Assembly: GCA_947591605.1 (NCBI GenBank) | Contig: CANQDF010000001.1 | Coordinates: 210,239-234,238, forward strand | DNA from: an uncultured Clostridia bacterium | GTDB taxonomy: Bacteria; Bacillota; Clostridia; Lachnospirales; CAG-274 | Reading direction: 5' to 3' | Length of the DNA: 24,000 nucleotides | In this document: positions 15,108 to 23,578 of the stretch, one piece after another | Numbering within the stretch: position 1 is the first letter of the stretch | How the letters are laid out: every line of letters begins with the position of its first letter | Made by a program: the position numbers and the translations under genes | Notes under the pieces: generated by a model | What the model saw: the letters and a program-made list of their open reading frames with translations, nothing else | Databases searched by the model: none | What the model was told of the DNA's origin: nothing

Positions 15108-15353
15108 TGTGTGTCCGTTATAAAGTCTTAAATCCGTATGACATCGGGAAAAAGCCAAGGGTGTTTATAATGAGGCAAAGCCCGAAAAAAGGCGGCGGCA
15201 AATTTCCGCTCCGGCAAACATAGATCTCATCGGGCTGTATATAAAAATAAGACTGCCAGACAAGCCGAAGCCCAATGGCTGTACGGAATTGTATGGCAGT
15301 ATATGAGGCAGATATATTGAGAAAAAAACGTGTGAGCGGGCGGGTAAGTAAAA

Positions 15354-15650
15354 CTATTTTGCTTTTGGCAGTTCTATAACAGGCTTTTTTGCAGGTCTGT
15401 AAAATACTATCTTTCTGCCTATGACCTGTACCACGTCCGAATGGGTACGCCCGGCGATGACCTCGCTTATCTCACGAATATCCTCCATACAGTTATCGAG
15501 GACTGCTGCCTTTATAAGCTCCCGTGCGGCAAGCGCCTCATCCACGGAGGCAACCACCTCGGGCGAAGCGCCGCCCTTGCCTATCTGCACAACGGGAGTT
15601 ATTTTGGATGCAAGCGAACGCAGGTATGCACGCTGTTTACTTGTAAGCAT
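15354..15650 (-). CDS. yhbY: YhbY-family (CRM-domain) RNA-binding protein
   Basis: MLTSKQRAYLRSLASKITPVVQIGKGGASPEVVASVDEALAARELIK... is the canonical YhbY pattern. SD GGAGGTG. Starts 18 nt downstream of obg. Confidence 0.9.
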   Translation of the reverse strand: MLTSKQRAYLRSLASKITPVVQIGKGGASPEVVASVDEALAARELIKAAVLDNCMEDIREISEVIAGRTHSDVVQVIGRKIVFYRPAKKPVIELPKAK

Positions 15651-15668
15651 ATTATCACCTCCGATTTA

Positions 15669-17051
<1,383 letters not shown>

Positions 17052-17226
17052 CTGTCAAAAAACTAACTTTATCGAGTAACTTAAAGCGTCGCAGACTAAA
17101 ATCCGCAGGCGGAATTCACTTCCGCCGAGGAAAACAGCGAGTTTCAAGGGACTTTCAGTCCCGCCGGAATGAGCTGTTTATACTTCTGCTTATCCTCGAA
17201 AAAGTCCCGAAGGAACTTTTTCGACA
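17052..17226 (+). repeat. Hairpin-rich modular intergenic element, copy 2 (MITE/BOX-like), inserted between rpmA and obg
   Basis: Begins CTGTCAAAAA and ends TTTTTCGACA(G), an inverted terminus of about 10 nt. Internal perfect hairpins are GGCGGAA-TTCAC-TTCCGCC (17108-17126) and GGGACT-TTC-AGTCCC (17148-17162), plus a terminal A-run/hairpin/T-run module at 17196-17225. It shares ordered blocks with 316-561. No credible ORF. Confidence 0.55.
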
Positions 17227-17257
17227 GTTAAAGGGAAGCAATAAAGCTTCCCTCAAA
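17227..17257. repeat. Right copy of the duplicated rpmA terminator
   Basis: GTTAAAGGGAAGCAATAAAGCTTCCCTCAAA. It matches the left copy except that the A run is 3 nt shorter. On the minus strand the hairpin is followed only by TTT. Confidence 0.85.
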
Positions 17258-17266
17258 ATTTTAAAT

Positions 17267-17551
17267 TTACTCGGCAACAGGGTAAACAGAAACCTGCTTC
17301 TTATCTCTGCCCTTTCTCTCGTACTTGACCCTGCCGTCAACAAGAGCAAAAAGAGTATCGTTGCCGCCCTTGCCTACGTTGATGCCGGGATGTATCTTAG
17401 TACCTCTCTGAGTGTAAAGGATGTTGCCTGCCTTAACTATCTGTCCGTCTGCACGCTTTGCACCAAGACGCTTGGACTCGGAGTCACGGCCGTTCTTTGT
17501 GGAGCCGACACCCTTTTTATGAGCAAAAAACTGAAGGTTGATTCTTAACAT
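17267..17551 (-). CDS. rpmA: 50S ribosomal protein L27 with the Prp-cleaved N-terminal propeptide
   Basis: [37 protein letters not shown]... is an L27 with the Firmicute MLxxNLQFFA extension. The start is moved to ATG 17551, preceded by TAGGAGGTG. Confidence 0.95.
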   Translation of the reverse strand: MLRINLQFFAHKKGVGSTKNGRDSESKRLGAKRADGQIVKAGNILYTQRGTKIHPGINVGKGGNDTLFALVDGRVKYERKGRDKKQVSVYPVAE

Positions 17552-17564
17552 TATATTGCACCTC

Positions 17565-17876
17565 CTAATCAAATACCTTTAAATCGTTACCGTAATCAAG
17601 CTCGATCTGCTTTAAACCGAGGATGAGGGAGTTGAGCAGCAGTGTTGCATTGCCGTTTTTGCCGCCGTTTTCAAGAAACGGTATACTGAAAGACAAATCT
17701 CCTCCGTCCTGTGATGCGTCTGCCTTAAAATCCAGCTCGGTAAACTGCTCGATACTGTTTACCGTATTGAAGCAGAGAGCCGAAACAGCGGAGCAAACTA
17801 TCGGGTCACCGTGATTTTCCGCCTTAAAGCCAAACACCTCGCCTGCCGAATTACGGCGTATATATACTTCTATCAT
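17565..17876 (-). CDS. prp: Ribosomal-processing cysteine protease Prp (YsxB/DUF464)
   Basis: 103 aa lying between rplU and rpmA. The ...[18 protein letters not shown]... segment carries the conserved His/Cys pair of Prp. Confidence 0.85.
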   Translation of the reverse strand: MIEVYIRRNSAGEVFGFKAENHGDPIVCSAVSALCFNTVNSIEQFTELDFKADASQDGGDLSFSIPFLENGGKNGNATLLLNSLILGLKQIELDYGNDLKVFD

Positions 17877-17878
17877 GC

Positions 17879-18190
17879 TCAGCCGTTTATTTTTTCTATC
17901 TTGAGCTTTGTAAACGGCTGTCTGTGGCCATTTTTCTTATGGAAACCCTTTTTAGGCTTGTACTTGTAGATGATGACCTTTTTAGCCTTACCGTCACCTA
18001 TAACGGATGCCTTAACGGAAGCGCCCTTTACCGTAGGTGCGCCAAAGCTTACCTTGTCACCGTCGCATACTGCAAGCACGTTTTCAAAGGTATAGTCGGA
18101 GCCTGCTTCAACACCGAGCTTCTCAACTGTGATTATGTCACCCTCAGATACCTTATACTGCTTTCCACCGGTTTCAATAATTGCGTACAT
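17879..18190 (-). CDS. rplU: 50S ribosomal protein L21
   Basis: [25 protein letters not shown]... is the canonical L21 N-terminus. SD AAGGAGGTG. Confidence 0.95.
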   Translation of the reverse strand: MYAIIETGGKQYKVSEGDIITVEKLGVEAGSDYTFENVLAVCDGDKVSFGAPTVKGASVKASVIGDGKAKKVIIYKYKPKKGFHKKNGHRQPFTKLKIEKING

Positions 18191-18269
18191 TCTGTGTACA
18201 CCTCCTTAAACCAAACTCGCCGAATACGGTGGGGCAAAGCCCTCTTAAAACCTTTTCGTGCGGCTAACA
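18191..18269 (-). promoter_or_regulatory. 5' UTR of the rplU operon (possible L21-leader-type autoregulatory RNA)
   Basis: About 79 nt lie between the predicted transcription start and the ATG, with small hairpins such as GGGC-TTT-GCCC. Firmicute rplU operons are known to carry an L21 leader, but I cannot confirm the consensus by eye. Confidence 0.3.
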
Positions 18270-18275
18270 GACCAT

Positions 18276-18304
18276 ATTATAACACAGTAAACAGGCTGTG
18301 TCAA
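18276..18304 (-). promoter_or_regulatory. Consensus sigma-A promoter of the rplU-prp-rpmA operon
   Basis: On the minus strand: TTGACA (18304-18299), exactly 17 nt of spacer, TATAAT (18281-18276). Both hexamers are perfect. Confidence 0.75.
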
Positions 18305-18416
18305 TAAAAATTGGCAATAAATTTTGCCCGTGTATTTTAAAGGCAAACGCCGCTGCCGGACTCAACTGCAGGATATGTTCCCGACACATTTTTTGTTTGC
18401 GGGGCGCATTCAATTA

Positions 18417-18445
18417 TTGACTTATACCCCCTCAGGTGGTAAAAT
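18417..18445 (+). promoter_or_regulatory. Candidate sigma-A promoter for the aldolase gene
   Basis: TTGACT (18417-18422), 17-nt spacer, TAAAAT (18440-18445). Confidence 0.5.
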
Positions 18446-18523
18446 TATGTTAGACAGATAATGCCGAGGCGGTCTGTACCGCAGGCATATCTGATACGAA
18501 AATACGAAAGGTGGGTTTTTCCA

Positions 18524-19486
18524 ATGAATGAAGTATTAGAGAAGTTGAGCAACATCGGTATAGTACCCGTAGTGGTAATTGATGATGTAGAAAAGGCTGT
18601 ACCCCTTGCAAAGGCTCTTGTTGCAGGCGGTATCCCATGTGCCGAGGTAACCTTCAGGACGGCCGAGGCCGAGGAAGCCATAAAGAGGATGTCGGCAGAG
18701 GTTCCCGAGCTTATTGTAGGCGCAGGCACCGTGCTTACAACAGAGCAGGCTGACAAGGCTATTGCAGCAGGCTCCAAGTTTCTTGTATCTCCCGGCTTTA
18801 ACCGCAAGATAGTTGAATACTGCAATGAGAAGGGCTATCTTATTACTCCCGGTACATCCAGGCCAAGCGATGTTGAGCAGGCTATAGAATGCGGCCTTGA
18901 GGTCATCAAGTTCTTCCCCGCAGAGCAGGCTGGCGGTCTGCCAATGATAAAGGCTATGTGCGGTCCATACACACAGGTCAAGTTTATGCCTACAGGCGGC
19001 ATAAATGCAGGCAACCTCAACAAGTACCTTGCTTATGACAAGATCGTATGCTGCGGCGGCAGCTGGATGGTAAAGAGCGATCTTATCAAAAACAACAAGT
19101 TTGACGAGATAACCGCACTCTGCAAGGAAGCGGTTGAAACAATGCTCGGCTTTGAATTTGCTCATGTAGGCATCAATACCGAAAACGCAGACGTTGCTGC
19201 TGCAGCTGCAAAGAAGTTCTGCGATATATTCGGCTTTGAGTATGACGATCACAGCTCGGCTGTGTTTGCAGGCAAGGGCATCGAGGTAAGAAAGCAGATG
19301 TTCAAGGGAGCAAACGGACATATCGCTGTAAAGACAAACAGCGTTGACAGAGCTATCCGCTACTTAAGCGATGTAAAGGGCGTTGAGTTTGATATGGACT
19401 CTGCTTCCAAAAAGAACGGCAAAACCACATCTATCTATCTTAAGGATGAGATAGCAGGCTTTGCGGTACATCTGGTACAGGCATAA
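18524..19486 (+). CDS. eda: KDPG/KHG aldolase (Eda) with a C-terminal extension of about 110 aa resembling a VOC/glyoxalase fold
   Basis: Residues 1-205 (MNEVLEKLSNIGIVPVVVIDDVEKAVPLAKALVAGGIPCAEVTFRT...VKFMPTGGI...) match 2-dehydro-3-deoxyphosphogluconate aldolase. The start is moved to ATG 18524 (SD AAAGGTGGG). The extra C-terminal part is EFAHVGINTENADVA...GHIAVKTNSVDRAIRYL...FAVHLVQA. Confidence 0.85.
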   Translation: MNEVLEKLSNIGIVPVVVIDDVEKAVPLAKALVAGGIPCAEVTFRTAEAEEAIKRMSAEVPELIVGAGTVLTTEQADKAIAAGSKFLVSPGFNRKIVEYCNEKGYLITPGTSRPSDVEQAIECGLEVIKFFPAEQAGGLPMIKAMCGPYTQVKFMPTGGINAGNLNKYLAYDKIVCCGGSWMVKSDLIKNNKFDEITALCKEAVETMLGFEFAHVGINTENADVAAAAAKKFCDIFGFEYDDHSSAVFAGKGIEVRKQMFKGANGHIAVKTNSVDRAIRYLSDVKGVEFDMDSASKKNGKTTSIYLKDEIAGFAVHLVQA

Positions 19487-19518
19487 TCATAAAAACATTT
19501 ACCGACGATAATAATTAT

Positions 19519-19549
19519 GAGGCTGTGAAAATCCTTCGCAGCCTCTTTT
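19519..19549 (+). terminator. Intrinsic terminator after eda
   Basis: Stem GAGGCTGTG / CGCAGCCTC (19519-19527 / 19537-19545, one G.U) with loop AAAATCCTT, followed by TTTT. Confidence 0.6.
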
Positions 19550-19589
19550 GCTAAGAAAACATTACCTTTTGGATAAGGCTTTTACGGAT

Positions 19590-20516
19590 ATGAACAGCAG
19601 ATCCTTTTTTACAAGACCGATAAACATTTTTATATGCGCAATTATAGCTACCTTCCTTTGGGGCAGCGCTTTCCCTGCAATCAAAATAGGCTATGAGCTT
19701 TTTGGCATACCCTCCGAGGATATAGCCTCAAAAATACTTTTTGCAGGCATACGCTTTATGCTTGCGGGTGCTTTTGTTACGGCATTTAATGCGGTAATCA
19801 ATAAAAGGCTTGTGCTGCCTAGGCGTGACGAGATAAGGGGCATATTGTGCCTTTCGCTTGTGCAAACTGTTATTGAGTATATCTTTTTTTATATCAGCCT
19901 TATTTATCTTTCCGGTGTCAAGGGCTCCATACTCAACTCCATAGGCAATTTTTTTGCGGTGATACTGGCTCACCTATGCTTTAAAACGGACAGGCTCAAT
20001 GTTACCAAAACCGCAGGCTGTATCCTCGGCTTTGCGGGTGTGGTGCTTTGCTCGCTCGGCGGTGAGGGCATAGATATGAGCTTTAAATTTATGGGTGACG
20101 GTTTCATACTGATAGCCGCCTTTTGCTTTGCTCTCGGCTCGGTCATGACAAAGGTAATAACCAAAAAGTCGGATTCGGTTATGGTTACGGGCTATAACCT
20201 CGGCTTGGGAGGCACGGTGCTTGCGGCTATAGGCTTGATCGCAGGCGGCAGGCTTGCGCTGCCAAGCTTTGCGGCAGGTGCAATGCTTATATACCTTGCC
20301 CTGCTGTCCTCGGTCGCCTTTGCCGTATGGGCGCAGCTTTTAAAGTACAACCCCGTAGGTAAAATATCGGTATACTGCTTTTTAAACCCGGTTTTCGGCG
20401 TAATACTTTCGGGTATATTTTTGGGGGACGAGTTCCTTAACCTGCATACACTTGCGGCGCTCATACTTGTCAGCCTCGGAGTATACATTGTAAACAGACC
20501 GTCTGCGCACCCTTAG
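19590..20516 (+). CDS. DMT-superfamily (EamA-like) transporter
   Basis: About 10 TM segments in two EamA-type halves (...FLWGSAFPAIKIGY... and ...VAFAVWAQLLKYNP...). The start is set at ATG 19590 because the ORF-track TTG 19548 lies inside the eda terminator; the start remains uncertain. The stop TAG 20514-20516 lies inside the tRNA gene. Confidence 0.8.
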   Translation: MNSRSFFTRPINIFICAIIATFLWGSAFPAIKIGYELFGIPSEDIASKILFAGIRFMLAGAFVTAFNAVINKRLVLPRRDEIRGILCLSLVQTVIEYIFFYISLIYLSGVKGSILNSIGNFFAVILAHLCFKTDRLNVTKTAGCILGFAGVVLCSLGGEGIDMSFKFMGDGFILIAAFCFALGSVMTKVITKKSDSVMVTGYNLGLGGTVLAAIGLIAGGRLALPSFAAGAMLIYLALLSSVAFAVWAQLLKYNPVGKISVYCFLNPVFGVILSGIFLGDEFLNLHTLAALILVSLGVYIVNRPSAHP

Positions 20517-20579
20517 CTCAGTGGATAGAGCGTTCGGCTCCGAACCGAAAGGCCATGGGTTCAATTCCCACAGGGTGCA
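20507..20579 (+). tRNA. tRNA-Arg (anticodon CCG)
   Basis: Hand fold: acceptor GCACCCT/AGGGTGC (7/7), D arm GCTC-AGTGGATA-GAGC, anticodon arm TTCGG-CTCCGAA-CCGAA (U33, anticodon CCG, A37), variable AGGCC, T arm ATGGG-TTCAATT-CCCAC (one A.C mismatch at 49:65), discriminator A. No encoded CCA. Confidence 0.9.
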
Positions 20580-20594
20580 TTACAACACAAATAA

Positions 20595-20700
20595 AAAGGG
20601 GCTGCCGCAAGCCGACATATCCCCCTAAGCAGTTTGGAAACCTTTTATTGTTTCCTTTGTCTGCTTTAAGGGATCTCGGTCGGCTTTGCGGCAGCCCTTT
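20595..20700. terminator. Extended imperfect palindrome of about 106 nt acting as a bidirectional terminator (tRNA on +, prfC on -)
   Basis: Outer arms are AAAGGGGCTGCCGCAAGCCGAC (20595-20616) and GTCGGCTTTGCGGCAGCCCTTT (20679-20700), with two 1-nt bulges. The middle arms are CCCTAAGCAG / CTGCTTTAAGGG and the apex is GGAAAC-CTTTTATT-GTTTCC (20636-20655). T runs follow on both strands. Confidence 0.6.
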
Positions 20701-20706
20701 GCAATT

Positions 20707-22287
20707 TTAAAAGCTGTCGTCTACGGCAAGCGCCTCTATAAGCTCCACGTCTTCGTTGCGTTCCGTAAAGTTGTTTAGCGTATACATATTTGCAAACAGC
20801 ATTATCGGTCTTTCAAAATGGTCAAACACAAGTGAAATACGGCTGTTTTCATATGATTTTATCTCATCGGGGGTTTTGTTTTTTACCCATCTGGCAACGC
20901 TGAAATTCATAGGCTCCATACGTATTTCCGAGTTGTATTCGTTTTTAAGGCGGTATTCAAAAACCTCAAACTGCAGCGCACCTACAGCCCCCAGTACAAT
21001 GTCGTTGTACTCGTTGTGGTATATCTGTATGGCGCCCTCCTGCGCAAGCTGCTCCACGCCCTTCTGAAACTGCTTTGCCTTCATGGTATCCACAGGACGT
21101 ACCCTCATAAAAAGCTCCGGAGGGAAGGTCGGCAGAGGCTCAAAAAATATTTTGTCCTTGCTGTCGGTAAGGGTATCGCCTATCTGATAATTGCCCGAGT
21201 CGTAAATACCTATAATATCGCCTGCAATTGCGCTGTTTACCGTTTCCCTTTCGTTTGCCATAAGCTGTGTGGACTGGTTGAGCTTCATCTGCTTGCCTGT
21301 CCTTGAAAGGGTCACGTTCATACCCCTCTCAAAGGTGCCCGAGCATATGCGCAAAAACGCAAGCCTGTCCCTGTGAGCAGGGTTCATATTTGCCTGTATT
21401 TTAAATATAAAGCCCGAAAAGAAATCGTCATCGGGATTTACGACTCCGTCAAGGGTCTTTCTTTCACCGGGTGCAGGCGACATTTCAAGGAAGTGTTCAA
21501 GAAATTCCGTTACGCCGAAGTCCGCCAGAGCGGTACCGAAGAATACGGGTGAAAGCTTGCCCTTTGATATAAGCTCCAAATCAAACTCGTTGCCCGCTCC
21601 GTCCAGCAGCTCTGCCTCGCTGCGCAGGTTTTCAAGGTTTTCGGGGAAGATCACCTTTTCAAGCTCCTCGTTGTATACTCCCTTTTCCCCCAGCTCTATT
21701 GTACGCTTTTCCTTATAGAGGTGTACACAGTTTTTGAGCCTGTCGTACACTCCGTCAAAATATGCGCCGCAGCCTATGGGCCATGTAACGGCTACGGACG
21801 GCAGGCCAAGCGCCTCCTCCAGCTCCTCCATTATGGCAAGCGGTTCGTTTGCATCTCTGTCCAGCTTATTTATAAATGTAAAGATGGGTATGCCTCTCAT
21901 GCTGCATACCTTAAAAAGCTTTTCTGTTTGTGCCTCAACGCCCTTTGCGGCGTCTATGACCATCACTGCGGAGTCCACCGAGGTAAGTATGCGGTAGGTA
22001 TCCTCGCCAAAGTCGTTATGACCGGGAGTATCCATGATGGAAACTATCCTGTTGTTGTATTCAAACTGCATTACAGACGAGGTGACCGAAATACCCCTCT
22101 GCTTTTCTATCTCCATCCAGTCGGATTTTGCATATCTTCCACGCCTTGCTTTTACGGTGCCTGCCTGATGTATGGCGCCTCCGTGCAGCAGCAGTTTTTC
22201 GGTAAGGGTGGTTTTGCCTGCGTCGGGGTGCGATATGATACCAAAGATCCTGCGTTTGTTTATTTCGTTTATATCCGGTTTTGACAT
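20707..22287 (-). CDS. prfC: Peptide chain release factor 3 (translational GTPase)
   Basis: MSKPDINEINKRRIFGIISHPDAGKTTLTEKLLLHGGAIHQAG... with DTPGH and NKLD motifs. 526 aa. The start is moved to ATG 22287 (M62 of the ORF-track protein), which has AAAGGAAG upstream. Confidence 0.92.
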   Translation of the reverse strand: MSKPDINEINKRRIFGIISHPDAGKTTLTEKLLLHGGAIHQAGTVKARRGRYAKSDWMEIEKQRGISVTSSVMQFEYNNRIVSIMDTPGHNDFGEDTYRILTSVDSAVMVIDAAKGVEAQTEKLFKVCSMRGIPIFTFINKLDRDANEPLAIMEELEEALGLPSVAVTWPIGCGAYFDGVYDRLKNCVHLYKEKRTIELGEKGVYNEELEKVIFPENLENLRSEAELLDGAGNEFDLELISKGKLSPVFFGTALADFGVTEFLEHFLEMSPAPGERKTLDGVVNPDDDFFSGFIFKIQANMNPAHRDRLAFLRICSGTFERGMNVTLSRTGKQMKLNQSTQLMANERETVNSAIAGDIIGIYDSGNYQIGDTLTDSKDKIFFEPLPTFPPELFMRVRPVDTMKAKQFQKGVEQLAQEGAIQIYHNEYNDIVLGAVGALQFEVFEYRLKNEYNSEIRMEPMNFSVARWVKNKTPDEIKSYENSRISLVFDHFERPIMLFANMYTLNNFTERNEDVELIEALAVDDSF

Positions 22288-22360
22288 ATTGACTTCCTTT
22301 CGTTTAATACGGTTTACGGTCAAGCGTTTTATCGAATGGGGTACCCCTTGCTCTCGGTAA

Positions 22361-22391
22361 TATGAGTACGCAGCACAGCGGAGTACGAATA
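22361..22391 (+). promoter_or_regulatory. Conserved motif, copy B (see 1737-1768)
   Basis: ATGAGTACGCAGCACAGCGGAGTACGAATAT, followed 2 nt later by TTGACC (22394-22399). It lies within the predicted prfC 5' UTR, on the opposite strand. Confidence 0.35.
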
Positions 22392-22440
22392 TCCTTGACC
22401 GAGAATTGATTAAGTATGTCATAAAAGACAGCCTAAGCAT

Positions 22441-22469
22441 TATTTTAATACAAAAATAATGCCATATCA
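22441..22469 (-). promoter_or_regulatory. Candidate sigma-A promoter for prfC
   Basis: On the minus strand: TTGATA (22469-22464), 17-nt spacer, TAAAAT (22446-22441). This implies a 5' UTR of about 150 nt. Confidence 0.5.
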
Positions 22470-22616
22470 AGCTTTTTTTGCTATTTATGGATTATATTTT
22501 GCATTTACTCTTATCTTTAATTGGGTTATACTTTACTTGTAACAAAGCTGTAATACATTTGAAATAAATTTAATATGCAGCTAAATGTAAATATTTTCAT
22601 ACAGGAGGTTTTATTT

Positions 22617-23414
22617 ATGAGGAAAACGGTTTATATTCTTTTAACGATGGTAAGCGTATTTTTGTTTTCGTGTACCGCTTTTGCGGCATCGGGCTGTCAA
22701 AGCTTTACGGTATATAAAAATACAAATGCAGGCACGGGCTTTTCCGTTATGGACCCCGATTCGCCTTACCATATCTGCAAGCAGCTTGGCATAAAGATAT
22801 GTCATCAGGAAAAATGTCGGGTGGGACAAAGAACAACTCAGGTGACCGCCCCTGAAACAACTACCGAAAGCAAGCCAGAAACCACTACCCAAAAACACAG
22901 CGAGCCTGCAACTTCAAAGCCCGTACAGACCACAAAGGAGGCATCCACAGAGGCAACAACAAGCAGGCAGGAAAAGCCTCAGCAGACAACAAAGCGTGAG
23001 CCCGTCACCGAAACCACTACATATACGGTAAACACAAACAGCTCATATGCACAGCAGGTGCTGGAGCTTGTAAACATAGAAAGGGCAAAAAACGGTCTGT
23101 CGCCCCTTACATTAAGCAGCAGCGTTACAAAGGTGGCACAGCTTAAGGCTGAAGATATGAAAAACAAAAATTATTTCAGCCATACCTCGCCTACATACGG
23201 TTCTCCCTTTGATATGCTTAAACGCTTTGGCATAAGCTACAGGACGGCGGGAGAAAACATAGCAAAGGGACAAAAAACTCCGCAGGCTGTTGTAAATGCT
23301 TGGATGAACTCACCCGGACACAGAGCCAATATACTGGGCAAAGGCTATACACAGCTGGGTGTAGGCTGCACGGGCGGCTCGTCACCCTACTGGGTACAGA
23401 CCTTTATAGGCTGA
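22617..23414 (+). CDS. Secreted CAP/SCP/PR-1 (YkwD-like) domain protein with a Thr/Glu/Pro-rich linker
   Basis: AGGAGG lies 8 nt before ATG 22617. Signal peptide MRKTVYILLTMVSVFLFSCTAFAASG. Low-complexity linker PETTTESKPETTTQKHSEPATSKPVQTTKEASTEATTSRQEKPQQTTK. C-terminal CAP domain (VNIERAKNGL..L......AQLKAEDM....YFSHTSP.YGSPFDML...GISYRTAGENIA......AVVNAWMNSPGHRANIL). Confidence 0.85.
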   Translation: MRKTVYILLTMVSVFLFSCTAFAASGCQSFTVYKNTNAGTGFSVMDPDSPYHICKQLGIKICHQEKCRVGQRTTQVTAPETTTESKPETTTQKHSEPATSKPVQTTKEASTEATTSRQEKPQQTTKREPVTETTTYTVNTNSSYAQQVLELVNIERAKNGLSPLTLSSSVTKVAQLKAEDMKNKNYFSHTSPTYGSPFDMLKRFGISYRTAGENIAKGQKTPQAVVNAWMNSPGHRANILGKGYTQLGVGCTGGSSPYWVQTFIG

Positions 23415-23502
23415 TAAAGCCAAAATGCAAATGACTTTCATATCCTCCATTAAAATAACTGCGCCGCTGTTATCCGCAGTACATAATTGAGCGGTGCAAA
23501 AA

Positions 23503-23558
23503 GGGAGCTGCCGTAAAATGACCCTGTGAATCATTTTGCGGCAGCTCCTTTTGGTTTT
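23503..23558. terminator. Bidirectional intrinsic terminator between convergent genes
   Basis: An 18-bp stem GGAGCTGCCGTAAAATGA / TCATTTTGCGGCAGCTCC (23504-23521 / 23531-23548, one G.U). TTTTGGTTTT follows on the + strand and CTTTTT on the - strand. Confidence 0.75.
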
Positions 23559-23578
23559 AATACAGGCTGCCTTACAGC

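Noticed and set aside
15108-15353. The unexplained 245-nt non-coding gap contains CTTAAATCCGTATG (compare CTAAAATCCGCAG), AAAGCCC and a GGCGGCAAATTTCCGC hairpin. It might be a third, decayed copy of the hairpin element family, or might hold the yhbY terminator (ACTGCCA...TGGCAGT, 15252-15300, with a 35-nt loop).
   Set aside because: The similar blocks are short, out of order relative to the two good copies, and lack the CTGTCA/TGACAG ends. The candidate terminator has an atypically large branched loop. The support is too weak to annotate.
17155-17349. A 64-aa minus-strand ORF spanning the inserted element and the 3' end of rpmA.
   Set aside because: It overlaps rpmA out of frame, has no SD, and is made largely of the element's hairpin sequence.
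22850-23020. A possible DNA-level tandem repeat in the Thr-rich linker of the CAP-domain protein, and the GAYGAYTAY reiteration encoding the DDYDDYDDY tail at 23585-23620.
   Set aside because: These are low-complexity at the protein level but have no exact DNA repeat unit longer than a few codons. They are more likely compositional linkers or tails than variable-number tandem repeats.
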